Virus record (IMG/VR): IMGVR_UViG_3300028033_000029
Direction: 5' to 3' (one strand)
Origin: an uncultured virus (IMG/VR IMGVR_UViG_3300028033_000029)
Taxonomy: Duplodnaviria > Heunggongvirae > Uroviricota > Caudoviricetes
Length of the DNA: 64,000 nucleotides
Under the pieces are notes generated by a model. It saw only the letters and a program-made list of their open reading frames with translations, was not told the origin of the DNA and did no database searches. Below are positions 1 through 11,300 of this stretch, one piece after another. How positions within the stretch are numbered: the first letter of the stretch is position 1; each line of letters opens with the position of its first letter. A program made the position numbers and the translations under genes.

Positions 1-525
1 CTGCATTTATATCATTAGTAAGAGTAGTATGCAATGCATTTCCTGTATCTATATCATTGGTAAGCATAGTATGCAAAGTGTTCCCAGAGTTTATATCATT
101 AGTAAGAGTAGTATGAAGTGTATTGCCCGTATTAATATCAGTCTCTAAGCTCGTTTTTAAAGTGTTCCCAGAGTTTATATCATTAGTAAGAGTAGTATGA
201 AGCGTATTACCCGTATCAATATCACTTGTTAAAGTAGTATGAAGTGTATTACCCGTATCAATATCACTTGTTAAAGTAGTATGAAGGGTATTACCCGTAT
301 CAATATCACTTGTTAATGTAGTGTGTAAAGTGTTACCTGAATTAATATCGTTTGTTAAAGTAGTATGCAACGAATCTCCAGTCGAAATAACACTATCTAA
401 ATTAGATTTCAGCGTATTACCTGTATTAATATCATTTGTTAAATTAGTATGAAGCGTGTTCCCGTTAGAAATATCATTTGTTAAAGTAGTATGCAATGTA
501 TTACCTGTAGAAATATCAGCTTCTA
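1..525 (-). repeat. 42-bp coding tandem repeat (~12-13 units; 14 aa)
   Basis: ATATC recurs every 42 nt; near-identical GTATTACCCGTATCAATATCACTTGTTAA copies near 204, 246, 288. Confidence 0.9.
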
Positions 526-982
526 ATTGTTCTTTAACTGTATTAGCTGTATCTATAGCATTACTTATATTTGTATATGCTTCAATAGCTTGTTGTCCAT
601 CGTCGATCATTTTTTGAATATTTTGTACTATATTCGGATCATTAGAATGAACATATATTCTTTCGGCGGGGTACATAATTATACCCCTACCTTTATAAGT
701 AGCTGTTACAGTTTTACCTTCCTCTGAAGGATTAAAAGTTACTATCCCATTTTGGTAATCCACAACAAATTGATTAGAAGCAGGAGTACCACTATATATT
801 TCAGCATATCCATCGATTATAACATGACTAAATTCATCAGGAATTTCTGATAATACAATCTGCCCATTAATTATTTTCCGAGTATCTGTTTTATCTACAT
901 ATGGATCATCTATAGTACCTTTACGCCTACGCCATATAATTATTAGGGGGTCATTATATTGAGGATATTGCATTATTTCCAT
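1..982 (-). CDS. Tail fibre/structural protein, N-terminal part (runs off window start), with 14-aa repeats
   Basis: ATG at 982 after AGGTGGTG SD; manual translation MEIMQYPQYNDPLIII... open to position 1; ends in DINTGNTLHTTLTN-type repeats; follows tail spike gene. Not in ORF track (no stop in window). Confidence 0.8.
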   Translation of the reverse strand, partial: MEIMQYPQYNDPLIIIWRRRKGTIDDPYVDKTDTRKIINGQIVLSEIPDEFSHVIIDGYAEIYSGTPASNQFVVDYQNGIVTFNPSEEGKTVTATYKGRGIIMYPAERIYVHSNDPNIVQNIQKMIDDGQQAIEAYTNISNAIDTANTVKEQLEADISTGNTLHTTLTNDISNGNTLHTNLTNDINTGNTLKSNLDSVISTGDSLHTTLTNDINSGNTLHTTLTSDIDTGNTLHTTLTSDIDTGNTLHTTLTSDIDTGNTLHTTLTNDINSGNTLKTSLETDINTGNTLHTTLTNDINSGNTLHTMLTNDIDTGNALHTTLTNDINA

Positions 983-1046
983 GTTTTCACCACCTATATT
1001 GAAAATTGTCCATAATAAATGGACAAATAATAAAAGAAAAATTTTA

Positions 1047-1075
1047 TTGATTTATTTCGCATAATATGTTAAAAT
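1047..1075 (+). promoter_or_regulatory. Putative sigma-A promoter of moron gene
   Basis: TTGATT-17-TAAAAT upstream of AAGGAG SD and ORF 1119. Confidence 0.55.
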
Positions 1076-1118
1076 TAGATTAATAATATAAGTAAAACAC
1101 AAAAGGAGATGATTAATT

Positions 1119-1823
1119 TTGAAAAAATACAAACAATTATTTATAGGCATAATTATTGGTGCAATTCTCTTTAATATAATTCCATCTTTTGCTACAACAG
1201 TTAAACAATATATTGCTTATGAATCACCATATCCAATGTATGTTAATGGAAAAGAATTCAAATCTGATTTACCTATTTTAAACTATAATGGTACAACCTA
1301 TATACCATTAAGAGCAGTAAGTGATATATTGGGTGTACCACTTGATTTTAATGGGCAAATCATTAAGATAGGGATACAAAATGATAATATAAAAAATAAT
1401 AATACAAGTACAAATAACAACAAAGAAAATGTAATAACACTAAAACTTGGCGATACTTATAATTTAAACGGCATAAAAATAACTTTAAACAATGATATAA
1501 AATATAATCAAACTCATCCTCGCTTTGAGGGCAAAGTATTTACTATCAGCGGGACAATAGAAAATACTACTAATCAATTGCAAAAAATTACAGGGGCAGC
1601 ATATTTTCAAGCAAATATTAAGGACGAAAAACAAAAAGCATTATTTGAAGAACGCAATTATCCAATACAATATAATGACAACGACAATTATTATTTCTAC
1701 CCAAAGGAGAAAAAGAATTTTTTGCTTGTTGGATTTCAATCAGCCTTAGATAATAATAATGCACAATTAACAGGTGTAATATTACAAATATTAGGTGTTA
1801 AAATAAATTGGATAATAAATTAA
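1119..1823 (+). CDS. Exported protein with copper-amine-oxidase N-terminal (stalk) domain; moron-like
   Basis: Signal peptide-like N-terminus; NGTTYIPLRAVSDILG motif; opposite strand to tail operon, own promoter. Confidence 0.7.
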   Translation: MKKYKQLFIGIIIGAILFNIIPSFATTVKQYIAYESPYPMYVNGKEFKSDLPILNYNGTTYIPLRAVSDILGVPLDFNGQIIKIGIQNDNIKNNNTSTNNNKENVITLKLGDTYNLNGIKITLNNDIKYNQTHPRFEGKVFTISGTIENTTNQLQKITGAAYFQANIKDEKQKALFEERNYPIQYNDNDNYYFYPKEKKNFLLVGFQSALDNNNAQLTGVILQILGVKINWIIN

Positions 1824-4570
1824 ACCCCTATAAATGCTTGTATAAATATCGAAGCATCGATTCTACCTAACCTACTACTACCAAGTTCAATAGTATTCCA
1901 CTGCCCTATGGTTAAATATGGAGCAATGTTTATGTTTGATTGATCGCTATTAAAACTTCCACCCAGTTCAGTTGTTTTATCTACCCCATTTATTTTTATC
2001 GTTACATTTGCTGCCGTAGTACTCGTATAAATACCATAAATTATATCATGAGAATGACTACCAATTGAAACTCGATGAGTATGGTCAATATTATGTGAAT
2101 GTGGGAAAAGCCCATGATGATGAGGCTCTATAGTATGTGTATGATCTCCAATAGAAGATATACTTATACTATGCGAATGCTGTCCAGTACCAATATACTC
2201 GGGTACCCCATGATTATGTGTGCCACTCGGAAAATCTGTTGTAATACTATGGCTATGACTTCCAGCTGGATCTGTGTATAATACCTCACAACTTGCTGTT
2301 AATCCAACAGGAATAGTATCAATCGTATAGTCCGTTCCAGCAGTAGTTTTACTGCTTGGACCACTTGTAAAACTCCATCCACCATACGCAGCTGCTCCTT
2401 TTTCATAAGCTCTAAACGCTTGCAATCTAAACCTTAATATTGCCTTTCTTATACTTATCGTTTCAGGGGGGATATACACATTTAATACAAGCGGATTATT
2501 CGCATCCACATTATCAGTTCTACCTTCTTGCCACGTCTGTAACATGCCATCTTCATCTAATATTGTTGCTGTGCCTGTTTTGTTTACAATTTTAAGCCCA
2601 TATTTCAAATTAACCGTATCATACTCTCCTAATTGTACCCTCGCCAAACCATTATTATCTTTAACAGTTAACAAATTTCCACTTATATTAAATGTACCTG
2701 TATCGTCCGATATAATCAAATTATTGCCCAGTAATATTTTCCCAATCAATCTTTCAGCATAAACACCACTTGCATCTAATACAGTTTTAAATGTATTGCC
2801 TCCATCATTTGTAAATCCTATTACACCATTTGTCATTCTAATAAATCTATTTGGGTCAGTGGGATCTTTTATTGTAATACCACGCCTATCTATCGTTACA
2901 CTATTATTAACACCGCCTTCAATTGCTCTTTTAGCAGTATCCCACACATTATTTAATATTGTAGTTACATCATCTACAGTTGCTACTGTATTATTCCATT
3001 TATATTTATTCATATCAACAGTTGCAGAAGTAGACACTGATTGATAAAGCATTTTTAAATATTTATCTAAATCACTATTAACTTCTGTTGTATTAGCAAT
3101 CGTTAGTTTAATATCGCCATTTTCATAATCAAAATCTATTTCAATTATTTTCGCTTGTACTTTTATATTTAATCTTTCATAATTAATAGTAACAACATCA
3201 CCTAACACTAATTTATCCCAATTCCGTTGTTCTTCTATTATCTCAAGAAAATTAACTATATCAACATTAACAGTCAATCGAGGTATTTTCAATTTTTCAA
3301 AAACCTTAATAGCGTCATTATATAATTGTTCGTCGTCAATATAATTCTCATCTTCCCATACTTCTTCAATCACAAATTGATTTAACTCTTTAATTTGTTC
3401 TGGAGTAAAATTATTTTCAAGTTTAAGTATATTCCGTAAATCATCTATTTGGTTTTGAATATTTTGAATATTCGCTAAATCTGTGTTAATCTTATCTTGT
3501 ATAGCATTTAATTGATTTGTCAAATCGTCTCTTTGTTGAATCAAATCATCTGTCGGCTGTCCTGTAGTTTGCGCTATATCTAATTCGTCTAAAACCATAT
3601 TTAATTGTGTTTCAATAGTATAGTATTCATTTTGGTCATTAGTTAATTGCTCCTGGGCAACACTTAATTGATTTAATAAATCATTAAACACACCTTTTTT
3701 TGATTCGACTAATTCTTGGTAATCTAATATAGCATTACATAAACTATCACTCATATAATCACTATGCCGTAATACATTTTTGTTTTCATCTCTTTGAAAA
3801 GGGTACATAAAATAAGAAAAATCTTCGATATAATTTGTGCCTGTAGGGTTAACTCTTTGTATACTCAACCCATCTCTCCCAAAAACCTTTAATCGTGTTA
3901 CCACTGTATCAAAATCATCTTCTTTATCAACCGCTTTTAAATACTTTTTATAAGAAATTGTCAAACCTCTATTAATACCTATATTTTCAGGTTTATAAAA
4001 ATTAATCGTTCTATTGTTTGTATCCCACATTATCAATGCCCCGAATGTTTCTGCAATCTGAAAAACAAAATCAAGTACTGTTGTATTAGAAACATCAAAT
4101 GAACGATATTTTAAATCAAAATCAGCATCAATATAACCAATTGTCCATATTGTATTAGATAAAGCATCAGTCAACACTTGTGTAGCATTATAACTTGTAA
4201 CATTATAAGCACGTATATTCTTATCTTTTAACTCATAAGCCAAACTAAAACACTGGACTATCTTTGCGTCCCTATCTTCATTAGCCGAATCAACTATTTT
4301 TGTTATTAAATACCATTCGCTATAATTACCATTTACTAACTTAATTAAATATCTGCCTTTAATTAAATCAATATGTGGATTAACTTTAAGTTCTCCATGT
4401 ATATCAACTTGAATAGGTAATTCAAAAGATAATTCATTAATATTTCCCAATTTTAAATTCAATTTAATATTATACGCCTCATTTAATTTAGCAATTATTG
4501 TTCTATCAGGTTTTGCTAAAAATAACTGAGGTCGTTGGGGTTTCTTAGTTAAATCTATATCACCAAGCAT
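1820..4570 (-). CDS. Tail spike / Tal-like baseplate hub protein
   Basis: 916 aa after Dit; prophage tail-type N-terminus, coiled coil, C-terminal HxH repeats. Confidence 0.8.
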   Translation of the reverse strand: MLGDIDLTKKPQRPQLFLAKPDRTIIAKLNEAYNIKLNLKLGNINELSFELPIQVDIHGELKVNPHIDLIKGRYLIKLVNGNYSEWYLITKIVDSANEDRDAKIVQCFSLAYELKDKNIRAYNVTSYNATQVLTDALSNTIWTIGYIDADFDLKYRSFDVSNTTVLDFVFQIAETFGALIMWDTNNRTINFYKPENIGINRGLTISYKKYLKAVDKEDDFDTVVTRLKVFGRDGLSIQRVNPTGTNYIEDFSYFMYPFQRDENKNVLRHSDYMSDSLCNAILDYQELVESKKGVFNDLLNQLSVAQEQLTNDQNEYYTIETQLNMVLDELDIAQTTGQPTDDLIQQRDDLTNQLNAIQDKINTDLANIQNIQNQIDDLRNILKLENNFTPEQIKELNQFVIEEVWEDENYIDDEQLYNDAIKVFEKLKIPRLTVNVDIVNFLEIIEEQRNWDKLVLGDVVTINYERLNIKVQAKIIEIDFDYENGDIKLTIANTTEVNSDLDKYLKMLYQSVSTSATVDMNKYKWNNTVATVDDVTTILNNVWDTAKRAIEGGVNNSVTIDRRGITIKDPTDPNRFIRMTNGVIGFTNDGGNTFKTVLDASGVYAERLIGKILLGNNLIISDDTGTFNISGNLLTVKDNNGLARVQLGEYDTVNLKYGLKIVNKTGTATILDEDGMLQTWQEGRTDNVDANNPLVLNVYIPPETISIRKAILRFRLQAFRAYEKGAAAYGGWSFTSGPSSKTTAGTDYTIDTIPVGLTASCEVLYTDPAGSHSHSITTDFPSGTHNHGVPEYIGTGQHSHSISISSIGDHTHTIEPHHHGLFPHSHNIDHTHRVSIGSHSHDIIYGIYTSTTAANVTIKINGVDKTTELGGSFNSDQSNINIAPYLTIGQWNTIELGSSRLGRIDASIFIQAFIGV

Positions 4571-4582
4571 TATACTGCCTCC

Positions 4583-5353
4583 TTATTGCAGTCTTTTAAA
4601 TCTGTATCTAAATTGCAATTTACAATTACCAGTTACCCATAAATTATTTACTCCAACTACCAACTCGAGATAATTATTGTTAAAATTATCGTACCTATAA
4701 GTATCAGTTAATGATGTTGCAATATATTGGTTTTCATTATCTACATAAACTATTTCACCATCAACTAATCCTGTAAACTTGAATTCTACACCACCATTCG
4801 TTTGATTAATAATACTCACATCACCATTGCCAACTTTAGTAATCCACATCTCAGGATATAAATATAAATCACCTTCGTTAGCAAACGACAATAAAACACC
4901 ATTAGGATTATCACTAAAATCATATTCAGGAGTAACATATTGTCTCGTATAACTCCAAGGAGCATCACATCTAAATGTTAAAGTTATATATCCTTGTTTT
5001 AAACCATTATGGATAATATTTATATCATCAATAGGTACACAATAAAAAATCCTATCAATATCTTCTTCAAAAAATAATGGTTGATAATTATCTTGAGCTA
5101 ACCATCTTGCTATTTCACGTATTTTTTTGTCATCCCAATAATCCAAAATAGCAAAACTTAAATCAAATACCAATGGTTTTAAAGAAATATTTTGAAAATA
5201 TGGTTTCATACTCCATCTTGTTTCAACTTCTCTAATATCTCTACTAGCTAAAAATGGTTCTTCATACAATCCTGATTGAATAGTAATATTATAAATACCA
5301 AAATCTACCGATCTTTTCCCAGCATAAGAAAAAGCAACACTTGATTTAATCAA
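4583..5353 (-). CDS. Distal tail protein (Dit)
   Basis: 256 aa between tape measure and tail spike; typical siphovirus tail component sequence. Confidence 0.8.
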   Translation of the reverse strand: MIKSSVAFSYAGKRSVDFGIYNITIQSGLYEEPFLASRDIREVETRWSMKPYFQNISLKPLVFDLSFAILDYWDDKKIREIARWLAQDNYQPLFFEEDIDRIFYCVPIDDINIIHNGLKQGYITLTFRCDAPWSYTRQYVTPEYDFSDNPNGVLLSFANEGDLYLYPEMWITKVGNGDVSIINQTNGGVEFKFTGLVDGEIVYVDNENQYIATSLTDTYRYDNFNNNYLELVVGVNNLWVTGNCKLQFRYRFKRLQ

Positions 5354-5389
5354 AAGCTCTCACTCCTTTTTAAAAAAAGAAGAGAGGTA

Positions 5390-8300
5390 TCAAATATTAA
5401 TACCTCTCTTCTTTAAACCATTGATAAAGTCATCCAATAAGACACGAGCTCCATTTTCATTTCCTTCAACTTTACCAATATACATATTAACATTAATATT
5501 GTTACCACTAGCCCCAGCTAATACTGGAGTTGGTATTTTTAATACTCTTAAAGATTTAACCATATCCCGTGTCATTTCAACAACTTTTAAAATATTAAAT
5601 GTATCTTCTTTATTTAAGACTAATTCTTTTTCATGTAATATAGCTAATTTGCCACCACTAAAACTTCCTGTATATCCACCAGTATCAAATACACTAATTT
5701 TTTTAGTCGTATTGTCGTATTTAACCTGATGCCCAAAAGCAGCAGCTACTGTTCGGATTGGCAAATAAGCTGTCCCATTTTCAATAAACGATGGTATAAA
5801 TGGTTTACCACCAAGAATTACCATGCCACTTTGATCGTCCCATCCAACAGTTACTCCGAAAATACTCGCCAAAGTACGAGCAGGAGCTACAGCATTACCC
5901 GCTTTATCATATCTATAATTGGTTATAGTTGCTATAGGATACTGCGATTGAGTATTATTTAATTCATTAGATCCACCACTTATAAATCCTCCAGAAGAAG
6001 ACGGAGGAGTTCCTAAATTAGAAAGTCCTGTCTGAGCAGCTTGAAGTTGTTGAATGAGTCCTAACAAACCCAACAAATCTTCGCCATTTTGTTTGATACT
6101 TTCTTGCATTCTACTGTCAAAGGTGTTAATATATCCAATTAAAGTTTGTAATATTTCATTACCTTTACCTTCAATAATTTGTTGTCTCATATTTTCAAAT
6201 TCTTGAGTATTAGCTAATAAAGTATTATAGTGTGCTTCTATTAATAATTTCTCTTTTTCTATTCTTTCTTTGTTCATTTGATAAAGATTGTCTTCAGTTC
6301 GTTTTCTTGCTTCTATTTGTTGCCTATAAGATTCTAACTCGTTTTTCAAATTTTGTTTCCTTAAATCTGTTTGGTGTTTATATTTTAGATCATCAATCTG
6401 TTTTTCTATATCGGCATATTCTTCTTTTAACTCTGCTAATCTTGCCTGTGCTTCAATAGAATCATCCAATGCCAAAATATTAATTTGTTGTTGAACTTCG
6501 GCACGCTGTTGTTCTAACTCATTTAATCTATTATAAAAATCCCTTTCGTCTGATTGCATATCTAGCAACTGTAGTTTAGCATTGATGACTTGTTCGTATT
6601 TTTCTAACTCCTCGTCTAAAGAATTTATTACAGCTTGATGTCTTTCCTCTTCGGCTTCTAATTCTTCATCCTTTGCTTGAAGCGCTAATTCTTTTTCTTT
6701 TTCTAATGCTGCTTTATATGCATCTACTACTTGGTCGGCAACCTCCTGAGCTTTATCAAGCCAATTCTGATAAACCTCATTAACATTATCTTGTATGGTG
6801 CTATTTAAACTAATTAATTGATTTTTTAATTGTTCTATAGATTTGGTATTATCATCATAAGTTCTTAGTAAATCATTTAATTGTTTTTGTTGCTCATTTG
6901 TTAATTTATTATGTTGTTTTAACGCTTCAATTTGCTTTAATAAGGTTTCATTAGCTAAAGTTAACCTATTAATTTCATCTCTAATTAAAATTCTTTTTTT
7001 ACCTAATAAAATGTTTTGTACATTAATTTCATTTGTATACTCTTGTGAAGTTTTATCATAACTTTTCATCCTTGCTTCAGATTGTTTAATCCGTAAATCC
7101 AATTCTGTAAGCTTATGAGAAAACTCATCAATAATGTAAGGGTCAACATTTTGTACACTTTTTGCAGCATTTTGCGCACTCTTTACTGCACTTGGTATTA
7201 CAGCTCGAAAGGTTGCATTAGCCCATTTTCGTATATTTCTTATATTTTCTAAAGCACGTCCTATAGCGCCAATCGTATCATCTAAATAATCATATATACC
7301 ACCAGTACCAAGATACATACTATTACTTTTCATAGCTGCATCCACAATAATTTTATTTATTACTCGATTAGCATCTGCAACATTTTGAATAGCCATAATC
7401 TCTTTCTCATATAAAGGAAGCGATTGTACTAAAGCTTGCTTCTGAGCTTCTACTTTAGCTTCTTGTGTCTCTAAGGCGGTATTAAACTCTGCAATTCTGG
7501 CTTCACGCAAATTTTCAAGTGCATCTATATTAATTTTAATTTGCCCATTCTCTATTGTTATTGTATTAATCAACTTTGGATGATTTTCTAATAATTGATT
7601 GACTTCTTGCACAGTTAATTCATACCCATGAGATAATTTATATATTAAATCAGTTAATTCCTGTATATCATTTTGTGTGGCGCGCATACTACCTAACAAT
7701 TCTTCGATATTTATGTCTAAACCAACAACAGAATCAGAAGCATTATCAACATTGTTAGCAAACCACTCGATAATTTGATTTACTACATTTTGGTCTGATA
7801 TAAATCTACTTAATATTTGCCTAGCTCCCTCAACCGCTATGCCATATTCTCGCATTTTTTTATCTTCTGGTAAATTTGAACCTTTAATCTCAGGAAGCTT
7901 CACTAAAACATCTTTAGCTTGTGTTATAGCATCAATATAATCAAATATTTTTGTTTTAGCTTTATCTACAGCATCAGCATTAGTTAAAGTATTTTTTTCT
8001 TGTTCAATTAAATTAGAAATATATTCCTTGGTTGTCTGCGCTAATTCACCCTCTATACCTTTAAGTGCAATTTGTTTTTCAGCAACACTTTGCAAAGCAT
8101 CAACGTTTTCCCTTAATCTTTCTTCCTTTTGCCGTTCTAACTCAATTAATTCACGTTCCAATCTTAGTGTATCTTCATCAGAAAGTGGAACAGTTATGTT
8201 TCCTGTTAAAACCCTATAACCTCTTGATAATTCATTACGAATATTCTGTATTTGCCTTTCAATAACTCCTATATCTTTAAATCTATTTTCTGTTGCTTGT

Positions 8301-11300
8301 TTAAAACCCTTAACTTCTATTTCGTCGTACACTTTCTTTAGTTTTTCTGCATACTCTAATTCTTTCTTAATGTCCTCTATATTTCTTAAATGTGCTTGCC
8401 CTTGTTCATCAACTTCTTCTGTTAGGATAGGCATTAACTCATTTAATCTATTTTGGATGTTAAGTAATTCTTGTTGTTGTTCGTTTGTTAATTTTCCTTC
8501 TTTTTGTAAATTAAGTAAATATTCATATCGAGCAACCAACTTATTTATTTCATCATAATGTTGCGAATATGCTTGAACGATTTCTTTATTTTGCTGTTCA
8601 AACTTAGCTTGTTCTTCTCTTGCTTCTTTATATTTATTTACTATAAATTGTATTGCTTCTCCTATAGCAAACGCAAAAGCGGTTATTGCAGCAACTTGGG
8701 CACCACCTGCAAGAAATGAAGCCAATGTAATTCCTTTAGTAGCAGTTTTTGCAGTTTCTACAGCAACTGTTGCTGATTTAACAGCAGTTTCAACTCCTCT
8801 AATAGAATTAATTAAATTTTTCAAAAAATTAATAATACTTATACCAAGAGTTTCTCTTAATTTTGAATTAAAAATTGAAAATGCCAAAGTAGTTATTGTT
8901 AATGCTGTTGGTAATGCCCCAAATACTTCAACTGTTTCGCTTAAAATATTAACTAAAGATGTCATAAGAGCAATAGCAGAATTTATATCATCACTATTAA
9001 AAACAGTCATCCATAAGCGCTGTCCCGCATTAACTAAATCATTGAGACGAGCTTCAGTTGATTGAGCATACATTTCATATCTACTCATAGCATACCCTGC
9101 TGAATCAGCCATTACAGTTTGTAGCCTCAGTGCCTCATTATAATGATTCATTAATGTTAAGAAATTTTCACGCTGTCTTGTACCAGCTATAGCTGCTGCT
9201 ATTTCTGATTTTTGCAAGTCATTCAATGTATTCCATTTCTGGGCTAATTCATCCAAAACTTCACTCATATTACGGAATTGTGTCGGTGTTTCTCTTAAAG
9301 CAATCCCAACTTTATTTAAGGCTGACTCTACATTAGATATAGATTCTCCTAATGGATCAAAATTTTGTCCTTCTTTTAACGCTTGCATACGAGCAAAAAT
9401 AGTTTTGAAAGATTCACCAATAGTTTCAGCACTTTTTCGGGTCACAGAAGACACAGTAGCGATATAAGAGACTAATTCATCAAAAGATACTCCAGCCATT
9501 TGAGCACTCGAAGCAGTACGCCTCACCGCTTCACCTAATTCTTTTGTTGAAGTAGCTGCGCTATTATCTACTGCTACCATTTTATCTACAACTCTTATCA
9601 TTTCTTCGCTATTCATATTATAGGCGTTCTGTATAGCAATTAATTGCTTTACAGAATCTTCCTGAGATTGGGCAGCTATTTTACTCATAATTGTGCTTGC
9701 TTCAAGTAATTTTCTTGTTTCTTCGATATTGTGACCTGCTCTCAAAAATTCTTCCGAACCTTGCAATACATTAAGTGTTGTATCATGTAATTGCGTAGCC
9801 AAATCACTCAAGGAATGTGTCCATTCACGTATTTGTTCTGTTGTCGCCCCAGTTATCATTCGCATATTTGTTTGTGCTTTATTTAGCTCGTTAACTGCCT
9901 TAATACCATTTTGCATTGCATGTACACTTTCCATTATTGTTGTAGAAGCTACAAGCCAAACAGGAAACTTTTCAAAAGCAATTTTTAAAGCACCTATTAA
10001 ACCTACATCTTTACCAGCAAGATTACCTATTTGTTCTATACCTGTATATACAGACCTAGTAGCTTCATCAACAGCAACTTTTACCTCTCTGAATGTTCCA
10101 TTAGCTTCCTTTATACGAGCGATAAAAGTCCTAACACGAGAATCTCCATCTTCTGTAATTTTTGAAAGATTACGTATTTCAACACCTGCACCATATATTG
10201 CTTGCGCATATCTTTTTATTGACTCATCATCAAGACCAGTAAATTTAATATCTGTCTTTGTACCTAAAGACATAATACGAGCCCGTTCTTTTTCAGTTCG
10301 GACTAATTGCTCATATTCTTGTTTAAGCGTTGCAATTCTATTTTGAATATTTTTCAACACTTCATTTGTTAATATATTTTCATTATTTCTATATAAATTA
10401 ATTTGTTGATTGATTTCGTTAATCACACCAACTATTCTTTGATACTCAGTTGAAGTTTTATCGATAGGAGCAGCTAATACAGTAGAACTAAACTTTGACA
10501 TTTGGTTTTCTAAAGAAGCAACTTGTTTTTCTTGCCAAGCAATACGTTTCTCCTCTTCGGTCTCTAATTGTTTTTCTAGTTTAATAATCTCATTAAATTG
10601 TTCTTTGTAATATTTCACATAATTAGAAAGACGTTGTTTATCTTCTTCAGTTAATATTTGTTTTTTTTCATAAAATTGCGATAATTCATCGGTAATTTTT
10701 TTGTATTCATGTTGCATATCAACTAAAAATGCTTGTGCTTCGGGATTTTTAATATTATCAAATAGATCAACTGATCGATTATGTAATTGTTCAAGTTCTT
10801 GTTGAAGTTTACGTATAAAATCTATTTGTTTCTGGTAGTCTACTTCGGTTATTACCGTACTAATATTACCTGTCGGTGTAGCAGTAACAGTTAATTTACC
10901 AAGTTCTGTGTCAATGGTTTTGGTTAAAGATTCTAAAGTAGCTCCACCACTATCAACTTTGTATTTTTCCTTAATTTTCATTACATTATCCAAAGCTTGC
11001 CCTTGTCTAATTAATGCTTCAATGTTTTTATTTATCGATTCAGTTTGTTTGTCAATTTGAGTAGTAGTTCTTTCGATAATTTCTCCACTTTTTAAATAAT
11101 CTTTTTGTATTGTTTGAATAGTACCATCTTGTTGTTTTCTAATTTCAATTTCAGTTTTAGTAACTTTGTTTAATTCTTCAATCATTGCTTTAACATTTTC
11201 CATCGATTTAGCAAAGTTCCTAAATACATCTAAAATTTCTTTATCAAAACCGAAATTTAGTTTCAAACTATCTAATTTGTTAGAAAGCGTCGATAATTGT

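Noticed and set aside
1..525. Possible CRISPR array
   Set aside because: Contiguous 42-bp units without unique spacers, in frame in a minus-strand ORF.
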